A DNA stretch of 64,000 nucleotides from Amoebidium appalachense (taxonomy: Eukaryota; Protista; Ichthyosporea). How positions within the stretch are numbered: position 1 is the stretch's first letter; each line of letters starts with the position of its first letter. The notes beneath the pieces were generated by a model. The model was not told the origin of the DNA. It searched no databases and saw nothing but the letters and a program-made list of their open reading frames with translations. The stretch is taken from assembly GCA_963693365.1 (NCBI GenBank), contig CAVNZM010000008.1:2484763-2548762 (forward strand), written 5' to 3'. A program made the translations under genes and the position numbers. Positions 59,201 to 64,000 of this stretch are shown here, piece by piece.

Positions 59201-59380
59201 ATGACTCGTGCGACAGTCAACCAAACCAACATCCCCAAGTCGGGAATGTCCCCCGGACCCGTCAGCCCCTACCTTACAGTGGGCATAGTGGTGGGGGGCA
59301 TTGGGTTCCTTTACTACCTCAAGCGCACCATGAACCAGGAAAACATCGAGAAGGGCCCCTCTCCACCCACCCACGTGTGA
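59201..59380 (+). CDS. 59-aa putative single-pass membrane microprotein
   Basis: CACC-ATG at 59201; MTRATVNQTNIPKSGMSPGPVSPYLTVGIVVGGIGFLYYLKRTMNQENIEKGPSPPTHV; a TM segment followed by KR. Confidence 0.6.
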   Translation: MTRATVNQTNIPKSGMSPGPVSPYLTVGIVVGGIGFLYYLKRTMNQENIEKGPSPPTHV

Positions 59381-61798
59381 GAAAATCTGCATTGAGTTTC
59401 CGGTCCGTCCTCTTCAAGCGGCTTCCTTTTGGGAATGTCTAGAACCTTCGTACGGTCATTTCAAGTATCCATATTGATGTTGGAGTAGAGCCCTATGTGT
59501 ATAGCAGGGCTCGGTTTTCACAAAGGAAATGGGTGTTTCTTTCTTTTTTTTTTTTTGTAGGTGATTGAGGGGGAGGGGAGAGGGGGGAGGGGGGGGGGGG
59601 GGGGGCTGGGGGTGGGGGGGGGGGGGGAGGGGGGGGGGGGGGGAGAGGGGGGGAAAGGGGGGGGGGGGGGGGGGGAGGGGGGAGAGGGGGGAGGGGGGAT
59701 GGAACAGTCGCTGATGCATGGTGAAAGTGGAACGAGGACGTTTTTACCACCCATTGAATTTTACTCCAGAAGGTGTAGTGTGAATCTAGGAGCTTGGGTA
59801 ACACGTGGGAGTTGAAACCCGTTGGACGTATTGATAGGGATACGGTAGGTGTTATGCTTCAACCTTTCAGTCACAGGAAGTGTCATGGATCAACCAGGCA
59901 GGATTTGTGTGGTTTCAACCATTTAAGAATACGCGTGTTGTCCATTGAGTCTGTGGTGCAACCCACAACAAATGTGTGGCTGCACCTTCGAAGCAATGCT
60001 CGTCGTCTGATAATCCCCCCCTCCCCCCCCCTCTCTCCCTCCCTTCTGTAGTAAACTCCTACCCACCCCCGTCCACGAATAAACCCCCCTTCCCTTTCCT
60101 CACGCATGCGGGAGCGCCAATCATGACTGTTTCACGCATGCACGTGCAGAAAAGTCAGGATCCCTCACAAACACATACACCGGAACCACGACCACTGACC
60201 ATGTGTCCCTCCCCTCCCCCTCCCCTCTCCCCCCCCTCCCCCCCCCCTCCCCCTCCCCCCCCCCCCCCCCCCCCCCCCCCCCGTTCTCCCCTCCCTCAAC
60301 CCCCTTCCCCGGGCCCCCCCGGCTCCATCCGGTATCCCCACGTGCGTGGGTCATTGGTTATACTTGCACCCTTTTTAAGCTACAACACAACAGTTACACG
60401 CTAAATTACTCAACTCTCCAGACTTGCTAGTCTACTGAAGCTATCCAAAGTCCCATTATACCACCAATTCCACTTCATGTATACAACTAGAAATGTATGA
60501 GTGGAATTCACGTCCAGGTTTGCTCCCTCACCTGAGTAATGGCCTGAATGTTTTACAAAAATGTGCATGCTCAGTGAATTGCAAACTCCCATTGACCAGC
60601 ACCTGCGCACATAACATACACACCCGCCCTACCCAGACACGCATGGAGGACACGGGCTCACACATGTGCAACAGTATTCGCACAAGCATACATGTGTGCC
60701 CAAAGGAGTTCTGCACAACTAGAAGATTTTTTCTTCAGGAGAGCCCGGAACTACATCAGCAAAGTCAATTACACACAAAAACGATGCCCGAATATACTAT
60801 AGTGGTGTCGTATAACTCATGGGGGAAGGGAGGAGGGGGGAAGGGGAGAGGGGGAAGGGGGGAGGGGGGAGGGAGAGGGGGTAAGCACACCAGTGGTTAA
60901 AAATCATGTATGTAAAAACTGAACACACACAACAGAGTAGAGACCCGTCGAACCACAAGCGTGCGCGATTATTTATTTTCGATTATTTCACCGACGATTA
61001 CTAACTTTAATCTATAGGTACTGCTGCTCATTCAACACGAGACAAACACCGTCGATACATGTATTGACTTCCGTGTGTGGTGATGATTGGTGCTCGAATT
61101 AGAGGTAACGTTATGGATTTGCAATGTTTTTAGGAGGGCTATCCGCACCAGCTAAAAAAAAAAGAAAAATCCTGAGTTAGTTAAATTATCATAAAAACCT
61201 AACAACAGTGAACGATATTCCGGAACTAAATATCATAGGGGAGGCAACCCGAAAGATACCGAGTATTAGAGTGGATGTGTGGGCACTTAGCTACCCTGGT
61301 TCTACTATTGGGATAGAAGGCAAAGGGGAAAAAAGGGGTGGGAGGGGGTCTAATATCGGTGGGATCTAGCCGGATAGTTGTTTAAGGGCGCACAGGAAAT
61401 GTTACCTTATTAGGAATGCGGCATAGATTGGAGAACAAAACTACAAACATAACCATACGTGAAATTACGATCATTGGATATTGCATAAACGGAAGTGTAA
61501 ATATTCGTGCATGCAAAACCTACGTATCTATCTGTCTTTTGGAAAAGCTAAACTAAAAATTTCGAATTCTCGAAAGCCGCAATCCCTTTAACGTAACAAG
61601 TCTTCCTCCACCATCCAACCTTAAGGCCCACCACATGGCCCCCCCTTTCCCCCCTCCCCCCCCCCCCCCCCCCCCCCCTAATAGTCCACCGACCACCAAC
61701 CACAAGGATACTGTGCTCTTGCATCCTCATTTCCATATATAGATATCCGATATCCGAATATCCGCGTGTTTCCATTCCCTTGATTACGTAATTTCAGG

Positions 61799-62301
61799 CT
61801 ATGCACTTCTTGCAACGTGTTCTGCCGCCAGTGCAGCAGCCATGGCTGTGGGGTTTGGCTGAGAGGAGTCCAATACAGACGGAATGTTGCCTCCCGTAAG
61901 AATCCGGATATCCTGCATGCACCCAGTACCGTGTTAGCACATATTTGTTGTTGCTGTTGATAACAGTATACACTATTGGTTTCTGGCATAAGCAGGGCTC
62001 TACTAGGTCGAAGTGTACCTACTTAACGCAAAAGGCGGTAGGCTGATCCTTATCGTGCAATCTCGCTCTAAACGAATTGGGACACGGACCATGTTTGCGG
62101 CCAAAAGCAAGACTGAGTATGCTCAGCAAGGCAGAAAACTAAGTTTGTTGTTGGGGCACGATCATGCAGCCCACAGTAGGCGATCGAGTGGCATAGTGCA
62201 CCGCCCCCCTCCCCCCCCCATCTCCCTCTCTACCCCCCCCCCCCCCCCTTCACCCATCCCAATCCCCTCGCCCCATTTCTCACCTTCTTCTCCCCCCCCC
62301 C

Positions 62302-62334
<33 letters not shown>

Positions 62335-62968
62335 CCCGCCCGCCTGCCCGCCTGCCCGCCCTTCGCCTGTTCCCTGCACTACGGCTTTGACACGGCCACA
62401 CACGCGCACACACCTGTGTTGGGGGGGTGTAGAATATGCCGATGCGCTCACACTCCTGCTTGACAAACATGGCCATCTTGTGGTGACGGGTCCATCTGAG
62501 GCCACCATCCTGCAAACCGAAAAATATATTTCTTTAACCCTATGCGTACCAACCCCACAAACGAAACCAACACAGCACTGAAGGGGACGGGACTATCAAT
62601 TCATTGAGAGTATGAGAATGAGGGCGGTGATGTGCGTCGCTGTGTGCTTGCTTGCATGCATGTGTGTCGGTTGCATATGTTTTAGCCCCATCTGTTGCTT
62701 TCCACCTCACATATTCTTTTTCCAGTTTGTCCGGAGCCGGGGGTGAAGGGGGAGGAGGAAGGCTGGGGTTGGGATGTGTGGGGGGAGGATGGGGTAGCAT
62801 ACATACGACGGTAGATAAGGCATGCAGGAACATTTTGGAGAAGAGAAGGGGTAGAGGAGAGCGCAAGGGAAGGGAAATTCAAGTGGGAGCGGGTGCAGGG
62901 GGGAGGGGGGAGGGAGGGGGGGGGGGGACCAAGAAGGGGCAGGTAGTTGGGCGGGAGGCTGTGTATGT

Positions 62969-62999
<31 letters not shown>

Positions 63000-63015
63000 G
63001 GGGGGGAGGGAGGGG

Positions 63016-63048
<33 letters not shown>

Positions 63049-63331
63049 GGTTGGGGGGGGGGGGGGGGGGGGGGGAGTGAACAGCAGAAGGGTAGAGGGT
63101 GGAGGTGGTGTTGGTGGTATTGGTGGTTAGGGGCAGGGTTGACTCGGGGGGAGGGGGAGGGGGCGAGACACAGGGGGGGGGGGGGGGGGGGGGGGTGGAA
63201 GGGGGGAAGGGGAGGATAGGAACCTGGAAGTTGTCTCTGTGAGAGAACCAGACGACCAGGCGGGCCTTTTGGGCCTGGTGGAGGTTGGTCAGGCACACCA
63301 TGGGCTCGGGCTTATAGTCCCCGGCATTCTC
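61799..63331 (-). CDS. MscS-like (MSL) mechanosensitive channel, last three exons (63224-63331, 62414-62509, 61799-61912); 5' part not resolved, probably outside the window
   Basis: Spliced ENAGDYKPEPMVCLTNLHQAQKARLVVWFSHRDNFQ|DGGLRWTRHHKMAMFVKQECERIGIFYTPPTQ|DIRILTGG...* resembles the C-terminal cage of eukaryotic MSL proteins (P.P.....W..H..N.QD.G.RW.R....I.Y..P.Q.I). Both introns are GT-AG, phase 0. Family assigned by eye. Confidence 0.75.
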
Positions 63332-63467
63332 CTGCGTGATTGGCTAAAGGTCAGCTAATATCCGTAGACCATAAAACGTGGATTGTGGTGTGGAAAGAGA
63401 TAGAGAACGGAGGAGGTATTTTTCCAAGGTAAGAGCAGGTGTTTAAGTTGGATCCTTTTTTTGTTTT

Positions 63468-63499
<32 letters not shown>

Positions 63500-63587
63500 G
63501 GGGGGGGGGAGAGGGGGGGGGCGGATGCAGCAAGAGAGATGGCTGTCTTGTGTGTATTTAGAGCGCGATCTTGTGTGTGTATACGTG

Positions 63588-63657
<70 letters not shown>

Positions 63658-64000
63658 ATGTATGTGCAGTTGGGTGTATAGACGGTTGATGGTGCCCATG
63701 TGAGTGTGGATGTGTGTAGACACGTCTGTGCAGACGTGCACATGCACCGGCTACATTGTATACCTGCCCGTCATATGATGAGCTCCCACGGCCCCTCCCC
63801 AACCTCCCCCCCTCCGTCCCCTCCCCCCACCCAGCCCCCCCCCCCTCTCCCCACCATCTCCACCCCCCCCCCTCCCCCCCCCCTCCCCCTCCCCCCCCCC
63901 CCCCCCCAAAAAAAAAAAAAAAAAAAAAAAAAAGGCACAGCAAGTGAGATGTATGAATGCCTCCGATAAACATGATCTCCCATGTCCTCCGACACCCAGG

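Noticed and set aside
63764-64000. Further MSL exons near the right edge
   Set aside because: No frame gave MSL-like sequence with credible splice sites; left unassigned.

Overview
Eukaryotic, very intron-rich genomic DNA full of G/C homopolymers and (GT/CA)n microsatellites; almost all ORFs in the supplied track are repeat artefacts. Manual exon tracing gives five coding units: (1) the first three exons of DRG1 (- strand, runs off the left edge); (2) two tandem, intronless paralogous ORFs with weak cullin N-terminal-repeat-like character; (3) a complete 67-exon DNAJC13/RME-8 gene (- strand, 8522-54664, about 2285 aa) with three GC-AG introns and one AT-AC U12-type intron; (4) two divergently oriented single-TM microprotein ORFs; (5) the 3' end of an MscS-like (MSL) channel gene (- strand). 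An animal-like RME-8 together with an MSL gene and a minor intron suggests a non-metazoan opisthokont, possibly a unicellular holozoan (inference). The most novel-looking signal is a recently active, structured, non-coding 100-300 nt element family. Its copies share a fixed 3' end joined to poly(C), are variably 5'-truncated, and several sit inside the sense-strand poly(C) tracts that follow many weak 5' splice sites.
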